Source: Candidatus Versatilivorator sp. (GTDB lineage: Bacteria; Acidobacteriota; Terriglobia; Versatilivoradales; Versatilivoraceae). Taken from it: 64,000 nucleotides of DNA. Below the pieces are notes generated by a model. The model was not told the origin of the DNA. It worked only from the letters and a program-made list of their open reading frames with translations, and made no database searches. The DNA is taken from the NCBI GenBank assembly GCA_965207735.1, contig OZ242296.1, positions 4,320,001 through 4,384,000 on the forward strand, read 5' to 3'. This document shows, piece after piece, positions 29,027 to 39,053 of this stretch (within the stretch, counting starts at the first letter, position 1; each line of letters begins with the position of its first letter). A program made the position numbers and the translations under genes.

Positions 29027-30685
29027 ATGGCCGAAGCCAGCAAGAACAACCCCGTGTCCCCCAGCGGCGCCGAGTCCGGTCCCGGCGCCACCGATGTCCT
29101 GATCATCGGCAGCGGAATTGCGGGAGCGACCACGGCCCTCCGCCTGGCCCGCAATCCCCGACGACAGGTGACCGTGGTCACCCGTGAGGAAGATCCCAAG
29201 CAATCCAACACCCGCTGGGCCCAGGGAGGGGTGGTGGGACGCGGAATGGACGACGCGCCGGAAACCCTGGCTTCCGACATTGTCGCCGCCGGAGCCGGCG
29301 CCAGCTCTCCTCGAGCTGCCAAGCTTCTGTCCGAAGAGGGCCCGCAACTTCTGCAGGAAATCCTGGTGGAGGGGGCGGGGATCCCCTTCGACCGCGGCGA
29401 TTCCGGTCAATTGGTGTATGGACGGGAGGCCGCCCACTCGCGCAGGCGGGTGGTCCACGTGGGAGACGCCACCGGCCTGAGCATCATCGAAGGGCTGATG
29501 GCGGCGCTGCGCCGCTGTCCCAACGTGAAGCTTCTCACCGGCTTCACGGCCGTGGACCTCATTACGTTTCCTCACCACTCCAGGGACCCTCTGGCCACCT
29601 ACCAGCCTATCACCTGCCACGGCGCCTACATGTTCGATCGCGAGGCACGCCGGGTCCACCGGCACCTTGCCCGATTCACGGTCCTGGCTACGGGGGGCCT
29701 GGGCAGAATTTTCCGTAACACCACCAACCCCGCTGGAGCCCGCGGCGACGGCCTTGCCATGGCCCACCGGGCCGGTGCCCGCATCGTCAACGCCGAGTAC
29801 GTCCAGTTCCATCCCACCGCGCTGGCCGCGCCAGGCGGGGACAGCTTTCTCATCAGCGAGGCCGTGCGCGGCGAAGGGGGAATCCTGCTCTCCCCGGATG
29901 GCCGGGCCTTCATGGCCGACTATTCCCCCCATTGGAAAGACCTCGCCCCGCGCGACGTGGTGGCTCGCGCCATTCACCACCAGATGGAAACCCACGGATA
30001 CCCGCACGTGCTGCTGGACATCGCTTCCCGTATGCGGCCCGCGGCCATCGAGAAACGATTCCCCAACATCCGGTCCACCTGTCTGGATGCCGGCATCGAC
30101 ATCACGGCGGAGCCGATTCCGGTGGTACCCGCCGCCCACTACTTCTGCGGTGGGGTACTAGTGGACTCCTGGGGACGATCGAACATCCGAAATCTCCACG
30201 TGGTGGGTGAAGCCAGTTGCACCGGTGTCCATGGAGCCAACCGCCTGGCCTCGACTTCCCTGTTGGAGGGGTTGGTCTGGGGCAGCCGAGCGGCCGACAA
30301 AATGGAAGCCTGCATGAACTCCGGCTCGTTTCTGCCGCCATCCCTGGAAGCCTTGCCCCCCTGGGACGACAGCGGCCTGGTTTCCGATCCCGACCCGGCC
30401 CTTATCCAGGGAGACATGCAGACGATTCAAAACATCATGTGGCATTACGTGGGGCTGGTCCGCAGCGGCGACCGCCTCTCACGCGCCATCCGGGAGCTAC
30501 GGCATCTGTGGAACGAAATCGAGACGTTCTACCGAACCACCAAGCTGAGCGACGGACTGATCGGACTGCGCAACGCGGTCGAAGCGGCCCTGATCGTGGC
30601 CAGGGCCGCTTACCACAACCGGCATAGCCGGGGCTGCCACTACCGCAAGGACTCGGTGCTGGTGGACGGTGACCGCTTGATCTGA
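29027..30685 (+). CDS. nadB: L-aspartate oxidase
   Basis: 'IIGSGIAG' FAD motif, 'SNTRWAQGG', 'EAAHSRRR', 'QFHPT', 'HGANRLASTSLLE'. Confidence 0.93.
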   Translation: MAEASKNNPVSPSGAESGPGATDVLIIGSGIAGATTALRLARNPRRQVTVVTREEDPKQSNTRWAQGGVVGRGMDDAPETLASDIVAAGAGASSPRAAKLLSEEGPQLLQEILVEGAGIPFDRGDSGQLVYGREAAHSRRRVVHVGDATGLSIIEGLMAALRRCPNVKLLTGFTAVDLITFPHHSRDPLATYQPITCHGAYMFDREARRVHRHLARFTVLATGGLGRIFRNTTNPAGARGDGLAMAHRAGARIVNAEYVQFHPTALAAPGGDSFLISEAVRGEGGILLSPDGRAFMADYSPHWKDLAPRDVVARAIHHQMETHGYPHVLLDIASRMRPAAIEKRFPNIRSTCLDAGIDITAEPIPVVPAAHYFCGGVLVDSWGRSNIRNLHVVGEASCTGVHGANRLASTSLLEGLVWGSRAADKMEACMNSGSFLPPSLEALPPWDDSGLVSDPDPALIQGDMQTIQNIMWHYVGLVRSGDRLSRAIRELRHLWNEIETFYRTTKLSDGLIGLRNAVEAALIVARAAYHNRHSRGCHYRKDSVLVDGDRLI

Positions 30686-30697
30686 GCCAATTAGGCC

Positions 30698-32122
30698 ATG
30701 CTGAAGAAACTGGACGATTACCGCTACCTGATTCCCAAGTCCTACAAGCAGGGAATGAGAGTCGACGGACTGGTCTATGCCAACGAGTCGCTGATTCGGC
30801 AGATCGGCAAGGACCTGACCAAGGAACAGGTGGCCAACGTGGCCACCCTTCCGGGGCTGGTGGGACGGTCATTGGCCATGCCCGACGCCCACCAGGGTTA
30901 CGGATTCTGCATCGGAGGCGTGGCAGCCTCCGACCTCAACCAGGGCGTCGTCTCGGCGGGCGGGGTCGGCTTCGATATCAATTGCGGGGTCCGCCTGCTG
31001 GCCTCTCCCTTGCAGGCGGAAGAGGTCGAACCCACGCTGCAGCCTCTCCTGAATCAACTCTTTCGCGACATCCCCTGTGGCACCGGGAAACAGGGATTGC
31101 TGAACCTCTCCCCGCGGGACCTCGACCCGGTGCTGGAAGACGGTGCCCAATGGGCGGTGCGGCAAGGGTACGGTGACGCGGCTGACGAGGCCTTCATTGA
31201 GGAGTTGGGCCGCATGCCGGGCGCCGATCCCTCCAGAGTCAGCTCTAGAGCCAAGCAACGCGGTCACCGTCAACTGGGCACCCTGGGGTCGGGCAACCAC
31301 TTTCTCGAGATCCAGAAGGTGGAGCAAGTGTTCGATTCGGAACTGGCCGAACGCTTCGGTCTCTACCGGGGCCAGGTGGTGGTGCTGATCCACACAGGAT
31401 CCCGCGGCCTGGGCCACCAGGTGTGCAGCGACTACCTGGATCTGATGCAGCAAGCCATGAAGCGCCATCGGATCAAGGTCATAGACCGCCAGTTGGCCTG
31501 CGTCCCCATCAACTCCGCCGACGGCCGGGACTACCTGGCGGCCATGGCCGCCGCGGCCAATTTCGCATTCGCCAACCGGCAGATGATCACTTACTGGACC
31601 CGCCGGGCTTTCGGCCGGATCCTGGGCAGCCGGCAGCTCAAGGTCGTGTATGACGTCTGCCACAACATCGCCAAACGGGAGGAGCACCGGATCGCCGGCA
31701 GGACCAGGGAGGTGCTGGTCCACCGCAAGGGCGCCACCCGTGCCTTCCCCAAAGGCCATCCGGCTCTGCCGCGGGAGGTCAAGGACCTGGGGCAACCGGT
31801 TCTGGTGCCCGGAAGCATGGGAACCTGCTCCTATGTCCTGGTGGGCACGGGACGGGCGATGGCTGAAACGTTCGGTTCCTCCTGCCACGGGGCCGGGCGC
31901 GCCATGAGCCGCAGCCAGGCCAAGCGGGAAACGGCGGCTGGGAAGCTCCTGAACGAGCTGGCGGCCAAGAAGATCCTGGTACGGGCGCAATCGCGGTCCG
32001 GATTGGTCGAGGAAAAGCCCGACGCCTACAAGGACGTCAACCAGGTGGTGGAAGTGGTAGAAAGGGCGGGCATCGCCACCAAGCTGGCCAAGTTGGTTCC
32101 TCTGGCTGTCATGAAGGGCTGA
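30698..32122 (+). CDS. rtcB: RNA-splicing/repair ligase RtcB
   Basis: 'MPDAHQGYGF', 'GFDINCG', 'GTLGSGNHF', 'HNIAK', 'HRKGAT', 'HGAGR'. Confidence 0.95.
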   Translation: MLKKLDDYRYLIPKSYKQGMRVDGLVYANESLIRQIGKDLTKEQVANVATLPGLVGRSLAMPDAHQGYGFCIGGVAASDLNQGVVSAGGVGFDINCGVRLLASPLQAEEVEPTLQPLLNQLFRDIPCGTGKQGLLNLSPRDLDPVLEDGAQWAVRQGYGDAADEAFIEELGRMPGADPSRVSSRAKQRGHRQLGTLGSGNHFLEIQKVEQVFDSELAERFGLYRGQVVVLIHTGSRGLGHQVCSDYLDLMQQAMKRHRIKVIDRQLACVPINSADGRDYLAAMAAAANFAFANRQMITYWTRRAFGRILGSRQLKVVYDVCHNIAKREEHRIAGRTREVLVHRKGATRAFPKGHPALPREVKDLGQPVLVPGSMGTCSYVLVGTGRAMAETFGSSCHGAGRAMSRSQAKRETAAGKLLNELAAKKILVRAQSRSGLVEEKPDAYKDVNQVVEVVERAGIATKLAKLVPLAVMKG

Positions 32123-32485
32123 TCGATACGATTCTACGTTGTCGTAACAGCCAATCTGCGCTACCCTTTAAGGTTCGAAGGCCGGTAAGAACTCCTGTAG
32201 AGCGTGACCCGACATTGGCCCGTCAGAGCGAATCGACCGGGTGACGCCAACGACCCGAGTGGTCCTGCGAGCGATCCCTCGTTTTCAGAAATCCTTCCAG
32301 GCAGTTTACCAGCCACACCACACGGAGGCCCGGGAGTGCGGCGCAGCCTTTCCGGCGTTGAAGCTGCCGTGCCTTACATGGGCTGACCCACGGGCGACCT
32401 TTCAAATCGTGCTCCGGACCTGAAAGCAAGGCCGCAATCATTCAGGGTCGCCTTCGAATCTCGAAAAGGCAAGTCGACCATACCC

Positions 32486-34114
32486 ATGATTCCCCGTACG
32501 GAACAAGACAAGCTGTTGGAGCAGACCCTGACTCCGAGCGCCGACGCCCGGGAGGTTGCCCCACGGCCCGGGGCACTCGATGAAGAGCCCGCGGAAGCGC
32601 TCCCGGAAGGAGCCAGCCGTTTTGTCGGAGAAGAAAGAGATCAGGCGTCTCCGGGAGGGCAGACCAGCGACGACGAGACCGTCGCTGTCGATGCCGGCGA
32701 AGGCACCGGCACTCAGGACCGGGAGGACTCCGCTCAACTGGACCTGACACCCGGCGCTTTGGACCGTGCCAGCGAGACGGACCCGGTGAGTCTCTACTAC
32801 CAGGAGATGCGGTCGGTTCCGTTGTTGACCCGCGAAGGCGAAGTCGCCTTGGCCAAACGCATTGAACGGGGCAACCTCCGGATTTCCAAGGCTCTGTCTC
32901 GGTCGCCCTTCGTCGTGGGTGAAATCCTCCGGCTGGGTGCCCAACTGGAAAGCGGGGAGCGTTCCGTCAACCGGGTGGTCGTATCCAGCGGTGATTTGAT
33001 CGATGTGAGGCTTCGGGACGCGTTGAAACGGATCCAAGGAATTGGAGAGTTGGCCGAAGAATGGGAGGAGTTGCAACACCAATGGGCTTCGGCCGACCCT
33101 GTCGAACCCGGGGAGCGTCGCCGACTGGGTTACCGGCTTGCCCGTCACACCATCCTCGTCTCCCAAGCAGTCCGGCGCCTGCGACTGACCGACTCCGAGC
33201 GCGGTCGTTTGATCAGGGGTCTCAGCCAGCACTACGAAGACCTGTCCACCAACCGGTCCAAGTCGCGGGCCCCCGGCGGGACTGCAGCCCGTAGCGACCG
33301 CAAGCACCTTTCCCGGGCGGGCCGAGATGGGTTGCGGCGGACCCTGGCCGTCCTCACCCGAAACAGCAAGCTGGTAGCACTGGCCAAGCGGGATCTGGCT
33401 CAAGCCAATCTACGCCTGGTGGCTTCCATCGCACGGAAATACTCCGGACGCGGCCTGCCCATGCTGGACCTGATTCAGGAGGGCAATATCGGTCTCATGA
33501 GAGCGGTGGACAAGTTCGAATACCGGCGCGGCTACAAGTTCTCCACCTACGCCACCTGGTGGATTCGACAAGCGGTGACTCGAGCCCTGGCGGACCAGGC
33601 CAGGACCATCCGCATCCCCGTACACATGGTCGAGACCATCAACAAGCTGATCAGGGCGTCCAGGGCCCTGGTGCAGGAGTATGGAAGGGAGCCAAGCTCC
33701 GAGGAGATTGCAGGCCACCTGAACATCCCCGTAGGCAAGGTTCGCCAGGCCTTCAAGATCGCACGTCAGCCCATCTCCCTGGACACGCCCGTCGGTCAGA
33801 ACGAGGATTCGGTGCTGGGGAATCTGATCAAGGACGACAAAGCGGCCTCGCCGGACGATCTCCTGAAAAACCGGGACTTGAGAGAGGCTGCCGAAAGCGC
33901 TCTGAAGACGCTCAATCCGAAGGAAGAAAAGGTTATTCGGCTCCGCTTCGGCCTTGAAAACGGGGTCACCCACACGCTGGAACAGATTGGAAGAAATCTG
34001 TCCCTGACCCGTGAGCGCATCCGCCAGATCGAGGCCAAGGCACTGATCAAGCTCCGCTGTTCTCCCTCCAACCGCAAACTGCTCCATTTCCTCGATCCTG
34101 TCGACGAAGAGTAG
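32486..34114 (+). CDS. rpoD: RpoD/SigA-family sigma-70 factor
   Basis: Region 1.2 '[10 protein letters not shown]', region 2 '[35 protein letters not shown]', region 4 '[13 protein letters not shown]'; may be a paralog rather than the primary sigma. Confidence 0.8.
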   Translation: MIPRTEQDKLLEQTLTPSADAREVAPRPGALDEEPAEALPEGASRFVGEERDQASPGGQTSDDETVAVDAGEGTGTQDREDSAQLDLTPGALDRASETDPVSLYYQEMRSVPLLTREGEVALAKRIERGNLRISKALSRSPFVVGEILRLGAQLESGERSVNRVVVSSGDLIDVRLRDALKRIQGIGELAEEWEELQHQWASADPVEPGERRRLGYRLARHTILVSQAVRRLRLTDSERGRLIRGLSQHYEDLSTNRSKSRAPGGTAARSDRKHLSRAGRDGLRRTLAVLTRNSKLVALAKRDLAQANLRLVASIARKYSGRGLPMLDLIQEGNIGLMRAVDKFEYRRGYKFSTYATWWIRQAVTRALADQARTIRIPVHMVETINKLIRASRALVQEYGREPSSEEIAGHLNIPVGKVRQAFKIARQPISLDTPVGQNEDSVLGNLIKDDKAASPDDLLKNRDLREAAESALKTLNPKEEKVIRLRFGLENGVTHTLEQIGRNLSLTRERIRQIEAKALIKLRCSPSNRKLLHFLDPVDEE

Positions 34115-34124
34115 TCCCTTCCCG

Positions 34125-35459
34125 TCAATTCCGCTGTGGCGAGGGAATCCCGAACTGCTGTAATGTGTCCGTGAGAGTAGGCCGGCGGAGGCGGATTCTC
34201 TCATCGTTCAACAGGTAGGAGAAAATGTATCCCAGGGAGAGAATCACGACTCCGATCAGGAAGCAATAGATGACGGCGCGGTCGGGATATCTGTCCTTGA
34301 GGTGCCCGACATAAAGTGGCCCGAAGATCCCCGCCGCCGCCCAGGCTGTCAACACCGTCCCATAGATCGCCGACATTCGCTTGGCGCCGAAAACATCCAG
34401 AATGAAGGAAGGCATCGTGGCGAAGCCTCCTCCGAAGCAGAGCAGGATGTAGCAAACGAGCGCCGAGAAAACCCAGGGGTTGCGCTCGGTCATGAGAATG
34501 CCGAAGACGACCATCTGGCTGGCGAGGATAATGCGAAACACTCTGATACGCCCGATGCGATCCGACAGCAGCCCCCAAAATAATCGTCCCGCGCCGTTGC
34601 ACAACGAACTGACAGCGATCAAAGTGGCTCCATAGGCAACCAGGGTCGCAGGCTCGATCGTAGGATCCGACAACCCCCACACATCTTGCAGCAGCGGAGA
34701 CTGGAAGCTGATCACGGAGATCCCCGCGGAGATGTTGAAGAAGAAGACCAACCACATGACAATGAACCTGGACGAGAGCAGGCATTGCCCGATGGATTCC
34801 GATTCTTGAGGGGCGGCGCTCCCCGGGCTGGGGGCTGCAGCAGCAGGCGGATCGGAGAGAAGAAGACTGGATGGAATCAGGATGCAGGCGAATATGGCGC
34901 CGAGCCAAGCGAAGAGGAGTGACAGATTTCCCCCGGTAAAATACATCATGAGAACGGGCGCCAGCACCTTGCTGAGTAGAAATGCTCCGATGCCAAAGCC
35001 CATGACGACAATTCCGGTCGCCAATCCCTTGCGGTCCGGAAACCACTTTGCCGTCGTCGCGACAGGAGTCACGTAGCCAAGCCCGATCCCCGCCCCGCCA
35101 ATCACGCCATAACCGAGGTAGAACAGGAACAGGTTGTCGAGATGCAGGGCCAATCCGCCGATAAAATAGCCCGACGAAAACATCACGCTGCCGGCCGTCG
35201 CCAATAGTCGCGGTCCGGTCCTGGGCAGCAACATGCCTGCCCAGGCCGCTGAAAGCCCCAACGAGAAAATGACGATGCTGAACGCGATGGCGGTATGAGT
35301 GAAGGTCCAACCGTAGTCCTGGACCAGAAGCGTCTGGAAAAAACTCCAGGCATACACCGTCCCGAAACAGATCTGCAGCAGCGTGCAGAGCAGGACGATC
35401 ACCGTGCGAGGGAGTACGACGCGCGGCATGGCCATTCTCACTGCCTCCGAATCAGGCAT
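34125..35459 (-). CDS. OFA-family (oxalate/formate antiporter-like) MFS transporter
   Basis: 'GTVYAWS.F', 'GIGLGYVTPV...KWFPDRKGLATG', 12-TM pattern. Confidence 0.88.
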   Translation of the reverse strand: MPDSEAVRMAMPRVVLPRTVIVLLCTLLQICFGTVYAWSFFQTLLVQDYGWTFTHTAIAFSIVIFSLGLSAAWAGMLLPRTGPRLLATAGSVMFSSGYFIGGLALHLDNLFLFYLGYGVIGGAGIGLGYVTPVATTAKWFPDRKGLATGIVVMGFGIGAFLLSKVLAPVLMMYFTGGNLSLLFAWLGAIFACILIPSSLLLSDPPAAAAPSPGSAAPQESESIGQCLLSSRFIVMWLVFFFNISAGISVISFQSPLLQDVWGLSDPTIEPATLVAYGATLIAVSSLCNGAGRLFWGLLSDRIGRIRVFRIILASQMVVFGILMTERNPWVFSALVCYILLCFGGGFATMPSFILDVFGAKRMSAIYGTVLTAWAAAGIFGPLYVGHLKDRYPDRAVIYCFLIGVVILSLGYIFSYLLNDERIRLRRPTLTDTLQQFGIPSPQRN

Positions 35460-36192
35460 GAGGCCCGGGCGGATCGCCTTGGGCCTTGTCGAGATCCTTG
35501 ACCATCGAGAAATAGAGAAACAGGCGAGCCAGTTGTCCGACCTCGTCGTCGCGAGCCAGGAGCGTGTCGTCCGAACCGTCCTTGTTACGCTCCCGTGCCA
35601 GCCTGGCGGCATAGGCGATCACCGAGTCGATGGGCCTTGCGGCAAGCCTGACCAGCCAGATGGCGGAAAAGACCCCGATGATGAAGATAAAGGAAATGAG
35701 GTAGACCTGCTGCCCGACCGCCCGTTGAATCTTCAGCGCGATCAGTCCCGTATCCATGCCGATATGCACGGCGCCCGCCACACCGGCAAGGATGGGGCTG
35801 CTCACCTCGACGAAGTCGCCCATTCCGGGAAGATGGCGCTCCATGGTCGCCCTGGAGGAATGATCGCTCTCGGCGATTTCAGTGGGAATTCCGGGCACGA
35901 ACGTGTGGGCAAGAAACTCACCATGTTCGCTGGTGATGTAGATGTAGCTGATACCCTGGATTTCGATGAACTGGTCGATCAGGGACTGCAGAGCGGACAA
36001 GTCGCGGTTCAACAGGATATCGACGCTTGAATCGGCAATCGTCTTTGCGATCCCGCGGCTATTGCTCTCATACTCGGCGGACAGGTGGGTATCGACCGTA
36101 TAGATGCACAGGGCGGAGGTCGAGAGGCTGATCACAGCGAACAGGAAGAAGATGCCTACCAGGGTCTTCTGAAAAAGCTTCTGAATTTTCAT
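35452..36192 (-). CDS. Two-TM membrane protein with periplasmic sensor-like domain and HAMP-like tail, no output domain
   Basis: Two TM helices; 'RPI..V...A..LA...RDDEVGQLAR.F' HAMP-like segment ends near the C-terminus. Confidence 0.75.
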   Translation of the reverse strand: MKIQKLFQKTLVGIFFLFAVISLSTSALCIYTVDTHLSAEYESNSRGIAKTIADSSVDILLNRDLSALQSLIDQFIEIQGISYIYITSEHGEFLAHTFVPGIPTEIAESDHSSRATMERHLPGMGDFVEVSSPILAGVAGAVHIGMDTGLIALKIQRAVGQQVYLISFIFIIGVFSAIWLVRLAARPIDSVIAYAARLARERNKDGSDDTLLARDDEVGQLARLFLYFSMVKDLDKAQGDPPGPHA

Positions 36193-37541
36193 GACGCAAA
36201 CCTGTCCTCCCAGCTCTCCAGAGTGACGAAGCGATCCTCTTCGACAACGGTGTAGTAGACCTGTTGCAAGCCCTGTCGCCGATCGGGTCCGAAGGAAACG
36301 CGCTCCGCAATGCCGATGTCGAAATTTCTGATGGTAAAGACCGAATCCTCGAGCTTGTCCCGGTCGGGTCGATCGCCCAAGCGCCGGAGGATCTCGACCA
36401 TCAGCTTGGCGTTGAGAAATCCCTCCAGGCTGACGAAGCTGTATGAGAATGACGAGTAGTCTTCCTTGAGCACGTGCGACGGAGGTTGAGGATTGTACCG
36501 ATCCATCATCTCTCGATACTGCTTGACCGCCGGGATGGACGTGTCCTCGTAACTGGGGACGACTTGAGAATTCACCAGTAGATTGGTGTAGCGCCGGCTG
36601 TCCTCCCGACCTTCCGTAATCAACTTCAGCAGGTTCTCGCTCCCTACAAAGGAGAGGTTGGCGATGGGGACTTCCAGTCCGAGGTCGACAGCGTCACGCA
36701 AGAACGCCGCGCAGGCGGCATAGGAGCCGATACAGATGACCGCGCTCGGGTTCACCTGCTTGAGTATCTCCACCTGGCGTCGCATACTGCCGGAATATTT
36801 TGCTCCCCGACGATAGGTGGCTTCCCCGACGATCTGCAAACCATGTTGACTCATCGCCCGCCGCACGCCGGCCCAGCCGCTGCGGCCATAGGCATCGGCC
36901 TGGTAGAACACGGCGATGCGTTCGTTGCCGATCGAGACGAAATTGTCGACCAGACCAGCGGTTTCCTGGCGATAGGAGGCACGAAGGTTGAAGGCAAAAT
37001 CCCCGTAAGGCGGTTCCCTCTGGGGTTGGGCGCCCGTGAATGGAAAGAACAGGTAGGCGTTTTGTTGCTGGAACTTCTTGAGCATGGGAAGAACACGGGT
37101 GACGGTCGGCGTGCCGACGTAGCCGAACAGGGCAAATACCTGATCCTGCTGCACCAGGGTCATGGTGTTGGTGACTGCCGGGTTCGGCTGGTAACCGTCG
37201 TCATAGGTCTTGAGTACGACCTTGCGGCCTCGGATGCCGCCGGCTCGGTTGACGTGCTCGAAATAGGCATTAGCGCCTCGGTACAGCTCGATGCCAAGAC
37301 CGCGTGAAGGACCGGAGAAAGCCGCCGATACACCAAGAACAATCTCGGCATCGGTGACCCCGGTCTGCTCCGCTCGCGTGTCGGGATGTTTTTCTCCGTT
37401 CATGTCGCGCTTCCTCCTTTGCTCGATCATTCCGAAAGGCTTCGCCCAGGTGTTGAGGCAGGAAAGCCAGGGAATGGCCATGAATCCGCCAAGACCGGAG
37501 CCCAGCAACTCCCGTCTCGTCATCCACCGCATGGCAGACAC
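36189..37541 (-). CDS. ABC-type substrate-binding protein (Leu/Ile/Val-binding-like)
   Basis: 'GVTDAEIVLG.SAAFSGP', 'YDDGY.P', 'GYVGTPT', 'FNLRASY..E'; RRELL Tat-like N-terminus. Confidence 0.85.
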   Translation of the reverse strand: MSAMRWMTRRELLGSGLGGFMAIPWLSCLNTWAKPFGMIEQRRKRDMNGEKHPDTRAEQTGVTDAEIVLGVSAAFSGPSRGLGIELYRGANAYFEHVNRAGGIRGRKVVLKTYDDGYQPNPAVTNTMTLVQQDQVFALFGYVGTPTVTRVLPMLKKFQQQNAYLFFPFTGAQPQREPPYGDFAFNLRASYRQETAGLVDNFVSIGNERIAVFYQADAYGRSGWAGVRRAMSQHGLQIVGEATYRRGAKYSGSMRRQVEILKQVNPSAVICIGSYAACAAFLRDAVDLGLEVPIANLSFVGSENLLKLITEGREDSRRYTNLLVNSQVVPSYEDTSIPAVKQYREMMDRYNPQPPSHVLKEDYSSFSYSFVSLEGFLNAKLMVEILRRLGDRPDRDKLEDSVFTIRNFDIGIAERVSFGPDRRQGLQQVYYTVVEEDRFVTLESWEDRFAS

Positions 37542-37991
37542 CTCGCTAATGAATCGTCGATTGCAGATTTCTGTGCCCGATCAATGGGCCCATTATACTG
37601 AATACGGCCACTCAGGTGCCTGACGAACTGTCGAATTCCGACCGGGATTTCTGCTACGGCCGGTTTTCGACGCTGCGGCTTGAATGCGTTGTTCGGGCGG
37701 GTATCCCGGATTTCTCACCAGGGGAAGTGCTCTTCAGCAAAGTGCAGGGAGGGCGGGGCGTGCTTACCCGCATTCCTCGCCAGGTCGCTGGTGGCAAGAC
37801 GAAAAGTAGTTCATCCTCACTACCTTGATCGGCTCCATGGTAAGGGCTTGTAGGTAACAGACTGCGCTGGGCATGCCCAGGTCAGAAACGCGGCTTGGAG
37901 CGAATTTGGAGAGATTGCCCGTTTCGGAAGGATGCGACAGAATCGCCGGGTGAAAGGCTGGAGGGGAACGAAAGGAAAGAGACTGATGGCT

Positions 37992-39029
37992 CTACCCTGA
38001 GTAGAGCCGGGCGATCTCGTCGGTCTGGAAAGCGGGCCAAGGGACCGGTCGGCCGCCTCCCCTCTCCAGGGCCTCGACGCCGCTTCCCTCCTCCAGGACC
38101 TCTCCGATGCAAGCCACTGGAATGTCAGCCTGATCCAGGGCATCGCAGAGCCCTCGGCAACCCTCAGGACCACAGGCAATCAGCAGACTCCCCGAGCCGA
38201 TCAACCCTAGCGGATTGAGTCCCAATAGCTTGCAGATCCGAGCCGTCGGGCCGAGAACCGGAATGCGATCGGGATAGACTCGAAGGCGATGCCGGCCGGC
38301 GGCGCCCAGTTCCCGGAGGGCCGTCGCCAGGCCGCCTTCGGTGACATCGTGGAGGGCACGAACCTCCTCGCAGTCGGCCGCTATCTCGGCCTCCCGCAGT
38401 ATGCTGATGCCCGGGTCGGTCAGGAACCTCCGGCATTGCTCCACCTCTTCCTGCCGCATTCCGAGGTCCAACAGCTTTTGCGCGAACTCACGGGCAATCA
38501 GGGTCGTTCCCTCTACTGCCACACCCTTGGTGAAAAGAATTTGGTCCCCGGCCCGCATCTTGCGCTTGTCGATGAACCGGGACCGTGAGACCGTTCCCGC
38601 CAGTTGCCCCACGACTACCGGCCGGGTGACCGCGTCGGTAATCTCGGTGTGGCCGCCGCACAGGCTCACCCCAAATTGGGAGGCGGCATGCTGCAACTCC
38701 ACCATGACCTGGCGGACCCGGCTCGGCGGCGTCCCCGGCGGGAAAAGCAGAGTGGCCAGCATCCAGCGGGGCTTGGCGCCGCAGGTGGCCAAGTCGTTGG
38801 CGTTGACCACCATGGCGTAGTAGCCGACGGCGTCGGTGGCAAAGGTGATGGGGTCGGACTTGAGCACCAGCGTGTCTTCTCCGGCCAGGCTGACGGCGGC
38901 CACGTCTTCCCCCACCCGCGGACCTACCAGCACGGAGGGATCCTTGCAATCCAATACTTTCAGAAATTGGTCCAACAGCCGGTTGGGCAGCTTGCCGGCC
39001 GGCAGGGGCCGGGAATCGTCCAGGGACAT
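37992..39029 (-). CDS. AIR synthase-related (PurM/HypE-like) protein
   Basis: 'VGEDVA', 'SDPIT', 'NANDLAT.GA.P', 'GGHTEIT', 'HDVTEGGL'. Confidence 0.85.
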   Translation of the reverse strand: MSLDDSRPLPAGKLPNRLLDQFLKVLDCKDPSVLVGPRVGEDVAAVSLAGEDTLVLKSDPITFATDAVGYYAMVVNANDLATCGAKPRWMLATLLFPPGTPPSRVRQVMVELQHAASQFGVSLCGGHTEITDAVTRPVVVGQLAGTVSRSRFIDKRKMRAGDQILFTKGVAVEGTTLIAREFAQKLLDLGMRQEEVEQCRRFLTDPGISILREAEIAADCEEVRALHDVTEGGLATALRELGAAGRHRLRVYPDRIPVLGPTARICKLLGLNPLGLIGSGSLLIACGPEGCRGLCDALDQADIPVACIGEVLEEGSGVEALERGGGRPVPWPAFQTDEIARLYSG

Positions 39030-39053
39030 TTTCAAGACTTCCTTAACGGCAGG

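Noticed and set aside
28870-29100. NAD+ riboswitch upstream of nadB
   Set aside because: A hairpin (gaatcccttt...aaagggatttc) and an AACAACCCCG stretch are present, but the latter is inside the coding start and I could not build the expected flanking stems
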